From: Paraspadella gotoi
Lineage: Eukaryota; Animalia; Chaetognatha
Direction: 5' to 3'
Length of the DNA stretch: 64,000 nucleotides
Assembly: GCA_051294375.1 (NCBI GenBank)
Contig: CM119264.1
Span: 5,544,218-5,608,217, forward strand
In this document: in pieces, positions 1 through 15,420 of the stretch
How positions within the stretch are numbered: the stretch's first letter is position 1
How the letters are laid out: the number at the start of each line of letters is the position of its first letter
The notes under the pieces: model-generated
What the model was told of the DNA's origin: nothing
What the model saw: only the letters and a program-made list of their open reading frames with translations
Database searches by the model: none
Position numbers and translations under genes: made by a program

Positions 1-675
1 GACTGGCGGTAGAGGAGAGCCCTGCGCTATCATTTATTTATTAGAAATTTTTAAGTATTTTCTTTTTCTTTTTTTATTCTATTCATTTATTCATTTATTC
101 ATTCGTTTAATTTATCGATTAATCGTAGTTTTTATACGTACATTCAGTTTATTCCTTTATACTTTCATATACATTTTATCTTATTTATTTTTCTAATATT
201 CAAGAGTTAAGAGATTCAATTTTCCAATCGGTTTAAACTTTAACGTCCTCTAGACCGCTAATAAACTTCGCCGTCGCAAATAAACATAAAAACAAGGAAG
301 CAACAACTTTTTCTTCGAATCTGGCCGCCACGAGTTCGCGTCCCATGAAAGATACCAAGTCCACGAGCCATTCGTGACAAGATAAGTCAAGATTCCTGCT
401 TCCGCCTTTCGATGCCATATCAAGCTGAGCAACCTTCGCTATTCGCCCTCAACCGCGACGTGAGCTCTTTTGATGCTAACCGCTCGCGATGCCATAGGAC
501 CGCCAAACTGGTCCATTTCCCCATGCGCGTCTCGACAGTCCGGGATTTTGGCATCTCGAGGTAATGACGCGAATGGCTAGACGCCGATTTTCATTTCCGC
601 TTCCTCATAAATCACAAAAATGAGAATTTTATAACTCTGAGCGCCCGAGCAAGAGAGACGAGAAGAGAGAAGAGA

Positions 676-745
<70 letters not shown>

Positions 746-1712
746 AGAGAAGAGAGAGCTGGGTTGCCGTCGCTTTTTTGAAAAAATACAACCCCGTCTC
801 TAAGACACCTTTTTCTTTTCTCGCTTCTGAATGACATTAAAAAGGATTTTTGTTGTCTTAAGATTCTAAAGTCGCATGTATTAAGTTTAAAAATAATTAA
901 AAAATAAACATGTATATTAAGCAATTCAAGGAAACTCAAGATTTTTATTTGGCTAAAAAAAGAGAGCAACGAATCATGAAGCGTAAAAATAAAAAGAAGG
1001 AACGTTCGGTGCGAAATCGTAAGACCCATCAGAAAAAGCCTATTCACTCGATTCGATGCCGGAAAAAGAATATGGCAAATAAGAGAGAGAGAGAGAGAAG
1101 AAGAGAGAGAGAGAGAGAGAGAGAAGAGAGAAGAGAGAGAGAGAGAGAGAGAAAAGAGAGAGAGAGAGAGAGAGAGAGCGAATAAAAAGAAAGTTGTCGC
1201 CCGGAGGCGAGAGCCGTTTCCAGTTATCGCGATTTTTTTTTTTCCAGCGCCCAAAGCGTCGCTCGCGANNNNNNNNNNNNNNNNNNNNNNNNNTCGGCGA
1301 AGGAGGTTATCTGGGTTCCATGGGGTCGAAAGGAAGCGATTAATTTCAATTTGAATATTTATTTTAATTTTAATAGAGAAGTCCTTTTTTATTAGAATCT
1401 TTTGTGAATAATTCGATTCTTACGTAATCTAAAAGATCCTTTCTTCTTTCGTGTCAGAGTCGTTCTTTTCAAGAGCAATTTCTTCTTGAGACTGGGCGAA
1501 CAAAAATGGCGAAATTGATAATTTATTTCTTTTCAAATGTTTTACTAGTGAATGGGTCCGAAATGGGTTTTTTTTTTTGTTATAGAATATGAAATATTAA
1601 AACTTCAAACAACTACTCTTTTTCACCACAGGTTCGCTGCTGCTTTCAAAAGTTTCTAATTTCTATTTCACGTCTGAAGCAGTAAAATTTGACTCGACTG
1701 AGAAAGGAATGA

Positions 1713-1774
<62 letters not shown>

Positions 1775-2365
1775 CGAGCTACTTGCCAGGCTTTTTTTGA
1801 GTAAACCAAAACGATTAGCAGAAGTCATTAAAGTGAAGCTGCTAACTTGACGGTGGAGAGAGGAGGGTGTCGCAAGATGGAGAAGGAGATGCTGGAGAGA
1901 GTAGAAGATGGAGAGAGGAAAGATGGAGAAGAGTGTTGACATTTGATGGGGTGAATAAAGAAAAAGGAAATGTTGGAGAAAAAGGATGGAGAAAGAAAAT
2001 AGAGCGGGAAGAGTTCATGTGGTGAGAAAAGAGGCTGGAAAGAGTACAGATATGCGGAAGAATGTTTAAAGTTTACGATGTGACAAAGAGGAAAAGTAGA
2101 ATGCTGGAGAAAGAGGGATGGGAATAGAATTGATGGAGAGAAAAGATGATGAAGAGAAGTGATGATGGAGAAGAAAAAAGGAAAGTTGTAAAGGGGATTG
2201 GCGAACTGACGAAAATGGCTCAAAGACGAAGGTCGTAATCGTCAAATAAAAAAAAACGAAGTCTGGAAAAATTTAATTCCAAGAAAAAAAAATCAAAATA
2301 AAAAAAATGAACTGAGGAAGTTAAAAAGAAATCAAGGATTTCAATAATCTCTCACTCACCTTGGC

Positions 2366-2440
2366 ACACGCCCTGCCCCTCACACGCCCTACCCCTCACA
2401 CCCGCTGCCCCTCACACGCCCTCTCGTCACAACCCGCCCA
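2366..2440 (+). repeat. 16-bp minisatellite (cacacgccctgcccct)n
   Basis: About 4.5 degenerate tandem units visible. Confidence 0.8.
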
Positions 2441-2996
2441 CGTCGAACTTTACTTCATCCTTCTCGCTCCGTTTTTCTCTTAACTGCTTTTTATGGTTTT
2501 TCCTCGGGACGATTTTTGGGCCATCGACTCGGAGGGAGAAAAAAAATAGCTCTTTTGTCGTCGTCGTCGTCGTCGTCTTCCTTGTCGTCGTCGAGGTCGT
2601 TTTTGTCGTCGTCGTCGTTTTTGTAGTTTACATTTGTCGTCTTATTTTTTGAGTCTTTTTATTATCTCTTTAATTTTTTTCTATCGTTTTTGTTATATTT
2701 TTACATGGTAGCCTTTTTTATTTGTACTTAGAGTCATTTTTTATTGTCATGTTGTCAGTTTCGTTACTGTCGTCCTCCTTTGAAATTGCAGTATTGACGT
2801 CTCACGCCGCGCGACCATCAGCTGTCTTGCAAACTCGTCATACCTCATCAGTGAGATCGTCTACTCGGTTGTCATTTCGATGATTTTTTTTTGTGAAAAA
2901 ATCGTTTCAGTCTTCACCGATTTCATTGTATTCACGTCACCTTAAAATCGATCACAGTCTCGACGTCAAGGTCGTTGCCCTCTGTCGACTTCGTCT

Positions 2997-3034
<38 letters not shown>

Positions 3035-3121
3035 TACGTCTTTTGTTGACTCTCCAGTAGTTATCCTCGTCGTTCGCAGTCGCGACCTCTCGAGGACCTT
3101 GACCGAAAAAGTATTACAGGC

Positions 3122-3650
3122 ATGAAGAAAAGAGAGAGAGAGAGGATAATGAAGAGAGGTTGAGGAGAAAAGAAGAGGAAGAGGAAAAAGAGAGAGAGGA
3201 TAATGAAGANNNNNNNNNNNNNNNNNNNNNNNNNNNNNNNNNNNNNNNNNNNNNNNNNNNNNNNNNNNNNNNNNNNNNNNNNNNNNNNNNNNNNNNNNNN
3301 NNNNNNNNNNNNNNNNNNNNNNNNNNNNNNNNNNNNNNNNNNNNNNNNNNNNNNNNNNNNNNNNNNNNNNNNNNNNNNNNNNNNNNNNNNNNNNNNNNNN
3401 NNNNNNNNNNNNNNNNNNNNNNNNNNNNNNNNNNNNNNNNNNNNNNNNNNNNNNNNNNNNNNNNNNNAGAGGAAGAGGAAAAAGAGAGAAAGGATAATGA
3501 AGAGAGGGGGAGGAGAAAAGAAGAGGAAGAGGAAAAAGAGAGAAAGGATAATGAAGAGAGGTTGAGGAGAGAAGAAGAGGAAGAGGAAAAAGAGAGAAAG
3601 GATAATGAAGAGAGGTTGAGGAGAGAAGAAGAGAAAGAGGAAAAAGAGGG
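3122..3650 (+). repeat. 54-bp purine-rich minisatellite (interrupted by gap)
   Basis: gataatgaag recurs at 3145, 3199, 3493, 3547 and 3601 (period 54). Confidence 0.9.
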
Positions 3651-5489
3651 GTTAAGAAGAAAAAGAAAAACTGAAAAATAGAGAAAAAAGAAAGAGAGTT
3701 CGATAATAATTGTAATTTTTATTATTATCCTTTTAAAAACAAGTAAATTTCATGAATTAATTGCCTAATTAATTGTATAATTTATTAATTAATTATACAC
3801 AGTATGAAGACTTGAAAAGCATTTTAATATTGGCTCGTTTTCCCCAGAATGAATTCTTTGAATACATTTCTCCTTCATCAACAGCGGAATTAATAATAAA
3901 ATATCACCATCGCCGAGAGCAATAAAAAAAATTAAAAGCCAAAGATTTATAAAAAGAAAAAATGAAATGTATATTAATACTAGTGATCAATAGAAAAAAA
4001 ACCTGAAATTGAGATAAAGGAAAAAAAGAAAAAGAAAAAAGGAAGAAATCGCGAGAGAAGAAAAGGAGAAGGAAAAATGAACAAGTAGGCAATTTCCGGG
4101 AAAAGAAGATAAAAGTGAGAGAAAAGTCTCTCCCTCCACATCCCTTCTTCGTCCCTCCACATCCCCACTTCTCCCNNNNNNNNNNNNNNNNNNNNNNNNN
4201 NNNNNNNNNNNNNNNNNNNNNNNNNNNNNNNNNNNNNNNNNNNNNNNNNNNNNNNNNNNNNNNNNNNNNNNNNNNNNNNNNNNNNNNNNNNNNNNNNNNN
4301 NNNNNNNNNNNNNNNNNNNNNNNNNNNNNNNNNNNNNNNNNNNNNNNNNNNNNNNNNNNNNNNNNNNNNNNNNNNNNNNNNTTTCCCCCCTTCCACATCC
4401 CCACTTCCTCCGCCCCGAGTTTCGCTTAACAGAAAGAAGAAAAAGGTCGACCTTCCGTTTGTCGCGAGATAAAAAAAGGAAATAAAAATGAAAAATAAGC
4501 GAAGAAATGAAAAGGAGGCTGTGATAAAAATGAGAACCGGTCGATGATAAAAATGGATATTGTGACATTAACGACGACTTTTTCCTTTTCCCCGCGTATG
4601 AGCTAGTATATCAGNNNNNNNNNNNNNNNNNNNNNNNNNNNNNNNNNNNNNNNNNNNNNNNNNNNNNNNNNNNNNNNNNNNNNNNNNNNNNNNNNNNNNN
4701 NNNNNNNNNNNNNNNNNNNNNNNNNNNNNNNNNNNNNNNNNNNNNNNNNNNNNNNNNNNNNNNNNNNNNNNNNNNNNNNNNNNNNNNNNNNNNNNNNNNN
4801 NNNNNNNNNNNNNNNNNNNNNNNNNNNNNNNNNNNNNNNNNNNNNNNNNNNNNNNNNNNNNNNNNNNNNNNNNNNNNNNNNNNNNNNNNNNNNNNNNNNN
4901 NNNNNNNNNNNNNNNNNNNNNNNNNNNNNNNNNNNNNNNNNNNNNNNNNNNNNNNNNNNNNNNNNNNNNNNNNNNNNNNNNNNNNNNNNNNNNNNNNNNN
5001 NNNNNNNNNNNNNNNNNNNNNNNNNNNNNNNNNNNNNNNNNNNNNNNNNNNNNNNNNNNNNNNNNNNNNNNNNNNNNNNNNNNNNNNNNNNNNNNNNNNN
5101 NNNNNNNNNNNNNNNNNNNNNNNNNNNNNNNNNNNNNNNNNNNNNNNNNNTTTCGTTAACCAGCTCAAAGTTTCAAGAATAGTTTCGTAGTTATATTTTT
5201 AAATTGACATAAAATGATAATAAAATACCTATTACCTAATAATATTAGAAACAACTTATTACTGTAATAGACATTGGAAACAGAAAACGCATAAAGATTC
5301 ACTATGGAAAAAAAAGGAAACCGAAATGACGAAGACGACGGCGACGACGACGACAACGACGACGACGACGATGAAGAAGACTCGGATCGGTGACCTCGGC
5401 GAAAATCTCGTTTTGACCCCGACATTTCACCATCTCCGAAGATAAACACGACGGGAAGACCCGACGCAAAACGCTTTTTCGCCCAGCCA

Positions 5490-5549
<60 letters not shown>

Positions 5550-6979
5550 TCTCTATCTCTCTATCTCTCTGTCTTTTTCAGTCTTTATGAGTCTGCCGCG
5601 GCAGCCAAATTTTTTTTCATTTAAATATCTAAATGTGAACCATTTTATAAATAATAGAACAGTGACAACCATGAATCATTAAATGGGAAAATAAAATAAA
5701 TTTAAACGAGGAATAAACAGAATTGAAAAAAACATACTTGTGTCCTCTTTCTCTTCTTCTCTTCTTCTCTTTTCGTCTTTCTCATCCTCTCTCTTCTCTT
5801 CTCTCGTCATATCCTCTCATCATTCCCTCTCTCTCTTCCCTGTATCTCTCCCCCGTATTGGGTAATACAAAAACAATAACGAGGTCTAACAAAAAAAACA
5901 AAAACAATTACCTCCTTGGCGCGAAAATTCGATTCCGCATGCGTGTTAACTCACCCATACTTACATTTCAACAATCCTGTGAATTTTCTCCCCCTAAGTT
6001 CTTTTTGTTCTATGTTCTTTTGTCTTTTTAACTGTCACCACTTTTTTCTATCTATCTATCTATTTATGTTTTAGTTTATAATCTCTCCATCCACCTCTCT
6101 TCACTGGACTTTAGCTTCCCATTTTCTTCGCATCACCATAGCGTCAAACCATTCACATACGGGCTAAGACGTCGTCTCAACCGCCCCGCATGTCGCCTCG
6201 TGACCTTTGACCTTTCGACGACTGAAGTTCCTTGTCTCAATTCTCCACTATTAAATTACAGACAAGTCACCCCACGTTAAATAAGAAAACACAGAAAATG
6301 TGCATTGAGTAATTTTCAGCTCAATATCTTCTCCAATAACATTAACTTTGACACATATAATTGTTTTCCTGTTAAGTTTTTTCGTTTCTCTATTAATCGT
6401 ACCACGCACACCATTGCCAGATCCGTTTGTTTGGTTGTATTTTTGTTCCATTTCCTCTTTGTTATCCTTTCATTGTTCTTAATAATGCGATGTACAATAT
6501 AATTAAACCATAAAATAATATTTGAACGCGCAAAAACAGAAAAAAAAAAATCAGATTAACCGGAAAATGGGGGGTTTTGTCGGCGATTTAACGGCAAGAA
6601 TGTTTATTTTCCCGGTTCTTGTGCCAAAACATCGTCATCAGCACGGTCGAGTTTTGAAACTGTTACGGTAGGGATTCTAACGTTAAGGAATTAGATGGGC
6701 GCTGGCAGAGAGGAGAGAGAAGAAGAGAGAGAGAGAGAGGAAGAGAGAGGAATAGTGGGACGGGAGCGCTCTTTCTTTCTTCTTTACAAAATTTATTGAC
6801 TTTTTCCGCTAAAGAGAATTAGTTCCCTGTTTCTTCGAATTTATATTGTCCTTTTTTGTTCTCCAAGTGGATCATAAGTCGCCAATAGACCGTTTTTATA
6901 TTCCTCTGCTCTCTCGAGCAAGTCGTCGTAGCGCTCGCACTTCTTCAAATTCCAAGTGTAGATTCAATTGTAGCTCGAA

Positions 6980-9900
6980 AATGTGTCTGTTACCTCCAAT
7001 CACATTTCACTGAAAGATTGTTCGTTCAATGGGATTCGATGTCGACGTGGGAAAAACCCACAGAGTAACGAGATACATTGCTTAATTCTGCGGCCTTCAT
7101 ATCAACTATCCATACTCTGTTTTAAGACTCTTACTCGCGTAAAAAGTTGTTTAGGTCGGGATGCCTGCTTGATCAGCAGATCCGATCTATAACTACTTTC
7201 TAGTCATCTCTCACTCTACATCTTTCGGTCCGTCTTCGGAGTCCTCGCCCTCCTAATATTGTCGGGCACAAATGTCTTATGTCTATGTGCAGTAACATCG
7301 AATATGCGTATGTATGCTACAGATCTCTGATCGACTCAAAAAAGAGTGAGTGTCAGTTTCTTCCGGTCGGGTGGCCTTGTTTATATGAGTCCGTGTCCGT
7401 TTTTCTTCCTCTGTTCGACCAACAGGAGGGGCGGCGGGGCGGGGGGCAGGGGAGCGCGCCCCGTAGGAGTAGCGGCGCTCGTTCTTCCCGGTATCTCATC
7501 TGCTGTTTCACACCTTAGAAAACACACGACCATTAACTCGGTGATTGGTCTGGATGATTCTAAAATGAAATTTTTGTGTGTGGAATAGGTAAGTGTGTGG
7601 AATTGAGCTAAATAATGAAGCTTTCGATGGAATGCGTCGACGAGTGGAACTTCACCGGCAGGCGAGTTTTACACACTGGATGCAAAAACAAAAAAATATA
7701 GTTCAGCTATTTGAGAGAGCGGAGCCCCGTAGTGTCTGCCATGAGTCATGTCATTTGCGCGTGCGAGGCAGCGCCTGAGAATATTAAGTATGCATCGGAG
7801 CGGCCGGCAAGCGATGTGATGGATCTGACACAGCGAAGTGCGACAGTTTCTGATGGAGGATACGTTGAGTGCTCGAGAGATAGATGTGCAAAATGGACCA
7901 CAAGAGCAGATCACAAGACTGTTTTCAGTCTCATCATGGTGATTGATGCTCGTATTCTTCGTGTCCCCTTTCTATAGTTAAATCCGTACTTCTAGCAGGC
8001 AATGTAAATAATACAGAATATACAATTGGGACGAGGTTGTGATTGACATCATACGTGCACCTATAACACACTTCAATCCACTCAATTATTAATTAGTCAA
8101 GTCAAGTACAGTCCACTGCCGCCCGGTCGCTCGTCCCATCTTAGGCAAGCGTCCAAGTCGATTTGGCCTCGTGATTGGTGGTTGGATTGGAAATTAAATT
8201 TGTGTTGTGTCCACGTTGTAAGCGCTGGCAAAGTCGTGAGTGATTATTTTTTGCCTTGATAGCTTATTAACACAGATGTTGCGCGATTGTTCACGAATCG
8301 TGTAGAGTGGAATCGGTAGATATGCAAAATGTGACAGTATCATACACGAGTTCGATAATCTCCTGACATCGTTGTAATCTACTTCACTTGTTAAGTTCAG
8401 GAAGACATAATAGATAGCCGACGCGCCTTGAGTATTAGTTATCATCCCATCACATGGTTATTTGTGTGTCACGATTCTCTCACATTGCCAGTGAAATTTC
8501 GTGTGTGTGGTAGGAAAACGTATGACGACACGCTATGTTATTTTATCGTTTCAGTGGATAATCTCGGTACAGTTATGAATGAGTATTAGATAAAACAATA
8601 TAGTCCACGTTTGACATATGAATCTTTTCATCTTATTCTTAACCACCAGTTGTATTAGACTCTGAGTGATGAAATTATGTGTGAGGCCGGTAGGAAAGGT
8701 GAGTGAAGAAGGCCTAGATAATAAAGTTTTGACGGAATGCAAGTTGTAAGAACAATTTTATCCAAGAGTTGTGTAATAATAATTGATCGATCTTAAAAAA
8801 ATATCGTAACGTCATGTCTTGATTCTGTGTTCTAGTCTAAATTAGGTCATTATAATAGTTTAGAGAGAGATGAGAGAGAGAAAGGAGTAGAGTTAGGAGA
8901 TGAGAGAGAGATAGAGTGGAGAGAGAGAAGAGACGAGCATGTAAAGTATGAGTGAGTATGCGAGCAGATAGTAGACGTAGACATAAAGATATGCGAAGAT
9001 ATAATCTTCATTTAAAGTACTCTAACGACTTTCGTGATGCCAGAGTCCCTTACGTATCATAGGTAACACGGCTTATATAGAACAACAGAACACAGAACGA
9101 AACTACGAACGTAATGCAAGTCATTTTCGCGATAGCACGAATTGTTGCGGGAGTGTACTGAGTCAAATTCGAGTCTCGTTAGGGTATATTATTTCTAAAT
9201 TGAATCTGATATGGTTATTAATACCGGTAATACGGTTCTAATTCTGATGTAATAGCGATTTGATGAATATTGTGATTCGACTATAATGCAATTGATTGAA
9301 CTGCTGAATATAGTCATTTTGCACTGTTGTGGCATAGCATACATTCACTAGTTGATGCGATGATTGTTTCTCTTCTATTCGTTGCGAATCCTGCGAACTG
9401 CATTGCTCTACTTTCTCATCCATGCATAAGCAGACTGATAGTCAATCACACACCATAACAAACAAACTGCGTTATGAGCTAGAAAGAAGCAGCAAGAGAG
9501 AGGAGAGCATGAGAGAGAGAGAGACGAGAGAGAGAGAGAAAGAGAGAGAGAAAAGAAAGAGAGAGAGAAAGAGAGTAGACGGAGAGATGCAGAAATAAAG
9601 CGACGAATAACTCACAGTCACTCCGAAAAATCTCGGATCGAATATGGGGACGTCTATATAGGATATTTCGACAAATAAGCGCGGAATCAAAATGGCAATA
9701 TAAAAGTTTTAGACACCAGGCAAAAAAATATCTCAGCAATCTCTTCAACACCCAACAAGCGATGCCAGCCAGCACAAAGGATCGGAACAGGATATTGGCC
9801 GACGAACGACAGACACCCCACGATGAGAACGAGCTTAGAAGATCGAAGAGGGAAATTCGAAGATCGGCATCTCATTCGAGAGACATTCGAGAGCAACAGG

Positions 9901-12327
9901 CACGCTTATGAGTATACCCTCGGAGCAAAAGTAAGGTTCTTCTAAGATGCATAGCAGTACAGAAGAGATCTCAGCGTTCGAGATAGAGAAGCAAAAAGAC
10001 TTGAATATGATGTAAAGAGCCGATAGAATATAATGCGTTTACCATCAAGAGAGAGAGAGAGAGAGAAGGCTCTACAGCCCCTTTACGTCTCGTTTTTAAT
10101 ACTGTAATCGAGCAAGTTGAGCTTATGGCGCCAATGTAAATTCGAACGTTGATGCGTGAGGGCTATAATCTCTCACACAGCATAAGATATCTATCCTTTC
10201 AAACAGTGATATGTAATTAGTTCGATATTCTCGGGTTGCATGCCTCTCCTAATTTCGCTTGCGATCAAAAAGTGAGAATGCTATTTTTAACATTAGTGAT
10301 ATTAGCCCACATTTTATATTTTCTATATTTTTTGCACCGATTTAAATTGGCGTCTTTGTAATAAATATAATAATAAGATTTCAAAGCAGAAGGAGAGAGA
10401 GAGGAGCAGAGAGAGAGAAAGAGCTGCAGGCGGCGACAATTTCAATTTTTATCTAATTTTGCCTCTGCTAGTTAATCGTGAGTGGTTTTGCGCTGGAGTG
10501 AGAGCGTCCGTTGAATGTTCACGTTCGTTTTTTTAGTGATAGAGCACGTGACGGAGAAGAAAGAGAGAGAGAGAGAGCGATCACTAGGTCAATCTAAGGT
10601 TACCGCTTTTCGGCTGTTTTCTGTAAAAGATCACAAGACAGTCTCAGCATTAATACCATACGTGAATACCTGGAATCAGATGAGTAATGTCGTCTCGATT
10701 AGATCGATCTGTGATGATTTAGTTCAACTAGTTCTACATCTACAATAAACGATAATATTCAATCTTAAATTCGCCGTTATTGAATTATTCTATCTATAAT
10801 ATTATGGTCTCCAAGTGTTGCCTTCAGAAGTCTTCGTCATGTATGTATGAGACAATGTAGAAAACGTTGTATCTCTCACGGTAGATAATATAGTCAGGTG
10901 CACTATAAAAGAAAAATAAATCTAGACAGTCGTCGAAGTTCTGCGGCGTTCATGGCCCGCCTGGGCTTCACGACATTACATATGAGCGATATGTTGTTTG
11001 TTGTTGACTGAGAGATTGCATCAATACAAATAACATCCCATTAGAATCGAATGCTGTACTCTTGACCCCTCAATGTCATAAGGTTACAGTTTAGAGCTAT
11101 GAATGAACATAAGCATCGAAGATAAATTATAACTTAATCTCATGTACATCAATCTGAGATCGTATATCGAATAATATTCATACATTAGAGAGTGTATTAA
11201 GTTATATTGCTAACATCACAATCATTAATCGATCATTAGCATTTCAATTAATTATGCGTAACAGGCAGATCGCTGAGTCATGTGAGATTTGCTATACAAT
11301 CGAGACTAAATGTTTAGACTAACCCAGAATATCGGTCACACAACTAAAATATACATTTATTATATAAATCTGTGCTTACTTTCTTTTAATAATAACATTA
11401 TACAAATCTGCTTGTTATTTCTCCAAAAAAAGGCCACAGTGTGTAGAGAAAAAGAATGTATTACGACAAACGGAATGTTTACCAATATATAATTCAATGC
11501 AACTTATTATATTCTATGATGAGTTACGATGCAGAGTCGCGAAGTAAAATAATGCTGCGAATATGAGGTTTATGCTCTGAGAACAATAAGCATGAGTAGT
11601 ATGGAGTTAAAGACTGACTGAATGAATGACTCTTTACATACTATAAATAGATGTCGCCTAGGACGCCGATGATATTATTGCGTTTGATTCAAATGTGATC
11701 TATTATGTTTGCATTCTGCAGAGGCGGATCGAAATAACAATGAATGATCATAAGGAACAATACTAAAGACGTATGATGAGGGTCGCGTAAGTTGGAACAA
11801 TGACGACAATTCTCTACTAATTGGGTCATCATTTCCTATAGCCCGTAACCCTCTTTGATAATTTTAACTAAAATATTTCGCCGCAGATATCATATCCTTG
11901 CAAACCCTTGTCAAGCATCGTCATGCGAAATGCGAGTCTTGCTGTAAGTTCGTGCCCGGTTACCTTGGCGTATCTTTTTTGTAAATGTTGGGCAATCAGT
12001 TTTGTCTTTGGCCAGGTCATCTTTTTGGATATTTTAATGATTTACCTAGTTACTAATCGTTATTAAACGAGAAATATTAAGACTTTACTCGTACTATGTT
12101 ACCATTTGTTCCAGAAGGGTGGGACAGCAATCCCAGAAACTGCCGAGCTTCCGTACACCTCAGAGAGAAATCATCAAAACGCGGCCGCTGGCAATTATGG
12201 ATAAATTGATCAGCAGAGAGAGGCTAGTTACGAATAATGCTGGTTGCCTTGGCTTTTTAACTTCTATCTCAAACGTCGCTAAACACCATCTAGATTGTTG
12301 AGGGAAGACGAAAAAACCCATAAGGCG
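6980..12327 (+). other. Low-quality, insertion-inflated sequence, partly a stretched copy of ~13450-13930
   Basis: Anchors in the same order: gagcttagaagatcgaa (9831 vs 13463), gacaatttca.ttttatcta (10435 vs 13737), gtggttttgcg (10482 vs 13769), ccaagtgttgcc (10811 vs 13919). Ends at a 25-N gap. Start boundary approximate. Confidence 0.6.
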
Positions 12328-15300
12328 NNNNNNNNNNNNNNNNNNNNNNNNNCCCCCCCCTCGACTTTCCTCCTCCCATAATCAAACTCTTTCCAGTCTC
12401 TTTTCCACTATTTGCTGCGCGGGGTTTTTTTTGGCGGGAAAAAAAATATTNNNNNNNNNNNNNNNNNNNNNNNNNNNNNNNNNNNNNNNNNNNNNNNNNN
12501 NNNNNNNNNNNNNNNNNNNNNNNNNNNNNNNNNNNNNNNNNNNNNNNNNNNNNNNNNNNNNNNNNNNNNNNNNNNNNNNNNNNNNNNNNNNNNNNNNNNN
12601 NNNNNNNNNNNNNNNNNNNNNNNNNNNNNNNNNNNNNNNNNNNNNNNNNNNNNNNNNNNNNNNNNNNNNNNNNNNNNNNNNNNNNNNNNNNNNNNNNNNN
12701 NNNNNNNNNNNNNNNNNNNNNNNNNNNNNNNNNNNNNNNNNNNNNNNNNNNNNNNNNNNNNNNNNNNNNNNNNNNNNNNNNNNNNNNNNNNNNNNNNNNN
12801 NNNNNNNNNNNNNNNNNNNNNNNCACGCCCGCGGGAGGGCGGGTTTCGCTGCTTTCCTTCACGCGCGAATCACACCCCCACAGACCCGCGACTGGGCTCG
12901 GAGTATTTCGCCCTCATTTTTCTTTCTCCTTTTCCACCCTAGATCCAAAAAAGGGAGGGTGATGCTTCTGCCCTTCCACCCCCTCCCCGCCCCCTCGTAG
13001 GCGTTGCCCCATTTCTTTTCCTCCCAGTTTTTTTTTTTCTTTTCGCGTTTTTCTCTTCGGATCTCGTATTCAGCGTCTGGCCTCAAACCTCGGAAGTTCA
13101 GGCCGAAGCGTGAATTTCACTCTTTTTGTGTGCCTCTTTCACATTTTCCGCCTTTTTTTTTACTTGGAGAAGAACATTCGCCATTTTTACCTTCATTTAG
13201 TTTTTTCTTTCGTCTTTTTTTAAGTTTATCACTTAAAATTATCATCATTTAAACTCTCAATTTCTTTTCTACCTTTTTTTTTCCTTTTAACTCTACGTCG
13301 TTTTTCTTATTTTTTTATGACATTAACTCCTACTCATGATGACTGCTCAACTTGTTTTCACATCATTTTTCTTTTCGTCCCTACCGCTTCTCTTCCAGCC
13401 AAACTCCCCTTCTACCTCACCATATCACTAACCCCCCCCCTACCCCACCCCCAGGATGAGGACGAGCTTAGAAGATCGAAAGAGGGAAATCGCAGATGCG
13501 CTTTTCTTCGTCTCCGCTTTTCTCCGTTTCTGCGTAATTCGAGAAAAACTTCTTATGCTCCGTAGATGCGTCCACTCGTTTTTCTGCGGTCTTGATAATC
13601 GATTGTCCAAATTTCCAACTTGATATCTTTCAAACTGATATTTAATAGTTGATATTCTCGCATGTCTTATTTTTGTCAAAATGTAGAAGCTTTTAATTTG
13701 GTATTTTTTTCGATTTACCGTTTTATTTCAAACGGTGACAATTTCATTTTATCTAAATTTTCTTTCGTGTGGTTTTGCGTGAGTGACGTTTTGTTCACGT
13801 CGACGTCGTCATCGTTTCCTTCGCTCGAGTCACGTTCGTCGTCGTCGTAGTCGTCGTTGTCGTCGTCTTCTACATTAGTAACTTTAATTTAATTTTTCTT
13901 TTTTTTTTAAATATGGTTCCAAGTGTTGCCAAGTTTGTCATGTTAAAATTTAAACTTTATACGTAGATTATCTCTGACTTCAAAGTCATCATCGTCGTCG
14001 TCATCATCATCATCGTCGTCGTCATCATCATCATCGTCGTTCTCTTCCCTCAAGTCAAGTTGTTTACTGCTGTCGTCGCCATCGTCGTCGCCATCGTCGT
14101 CTTCACCATCATCGTCATCGCTGTCGTATTTCAAGTCGAAAACGCGTCAAATAAATAATTTTTTTCCTGCAAAAAAAATTTTATTTCGTTTTTTTTTTCT
14201 CGTTTTCCAAAAAAAAGGGGGAACCTCATATATTCATATCAAACGACAGCGCGATAAAAAAGGTAGGTTAAGTGAAATGCAGGAGTAAGGAAAGGCTGAA
14301 ATGAAACTTAATAATTATACCAAACGTTAATTACAAGTTTCATTCTGCAAATGAAAAAGTAATGCATCTAAAATTGGGCAAGCAACCACGAGTTCCCTTA
14401 GCCTCAACGTCAGCCTCTAATATTCTTTCCTTCCCTTCGCCTCTTTGGCAGTNNNNNNNNNNNNNNNNNNNNNNNNNNNNNNNNNNNNNNNNNNNNNNNN
14501 NNNNNNNNNNNNNNNNNNNNNNNNNNNNNNNNNNNNNNNNNNNNNNNNNNNNNNNNNNNNNNNNNNNNNNNNNNNNNNNNNNNNNNNNNNNNNNNNNNNN
14601 NNNNNNNNNNNNNNNNNNNNNNNNNNNNNNNNNNNNNNNNNNNNNNNNNNNNNNNNNNNNNNNNNNNNNNNNNNNNNNNNNNNNNNNNNNNNNNNNNNNN
14701 NNNNNNNNNNNNNNNNNNNNNNNNNNNNNNNNNNNNNNNNNNNNNNNNNNNNNNNNNNNNNNNNNNNNNNNNNNNNNNNNNNNNNNNNNNNNNNNNNNNN
14801 NNNNNNNNNNNNNNNNNNNNNNNNNNNNNNNNNNNNNNNNNNNNNNNNNNNNNNNNNNNNNNNNNNNNNNNNNNNNNNNNNNNNNNNNNNNNNNNNNNNN
14901 NNNNNNNNNNNNNNNNNNNNNNNNNNNNNNNNNNNNNNNNNNNNNNNNNNNNNNNNNNNNNNNNNNNNNNNNNNNNNNNNNNNNNNNNNNNNNNNNNNNN
15001 NNNNNNNNNNNNNNNNNNNNNNNNNNNNNNNNNNNNNNNNNNNNNNNNNNNNNNNNNNNNNNNNNNNNNNNNNNNNNNNNNNNNNNNNNNNNNNNNNNNN
15101 NNNNNNNNNNNNNNNNNNNNNNNNNNNNNNNNNNNNNNNNNNNNNNNNNNNNNNNNNNNNNNNNNNNNNNNNNNNNNNNNNNNNNNNNNNNNNNNNNNNN
15201 NNNNNNNNNNNNNNNNNNNNNNNNNNNNNNNNNNNNNNNNNNNNNNNNNNNNNNNNNNNNNNNNNNNNNNNNNNNNNNNNNNNNNNNNNNCGCCTCTTTG

Positions 15301-15386
15301 GCAGCCTCTGCTTTTCTTCCTTTCCCCGGTTACAAATTGGAATCCCGAGTTATGCACATGGGACCGAGACGACGGGAAGACGCGTC

Positions 15387-15420
<34 letters not shown>

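Noticed and set aside
233-560. Moderately GC-rich unique stretch with short ORFs
   Set aside because: No recognisable motif or consistent splice structure.
577-1254. Long ORFs rich in SL/ER/RE repeats here and throughout (e.g. 42296-42748, 44562-44978, 44841-45677)
   Set aside because: Translations of (GA)n/(CT)n microsatellites and purine tracts that lack stop codons; no domain signal.
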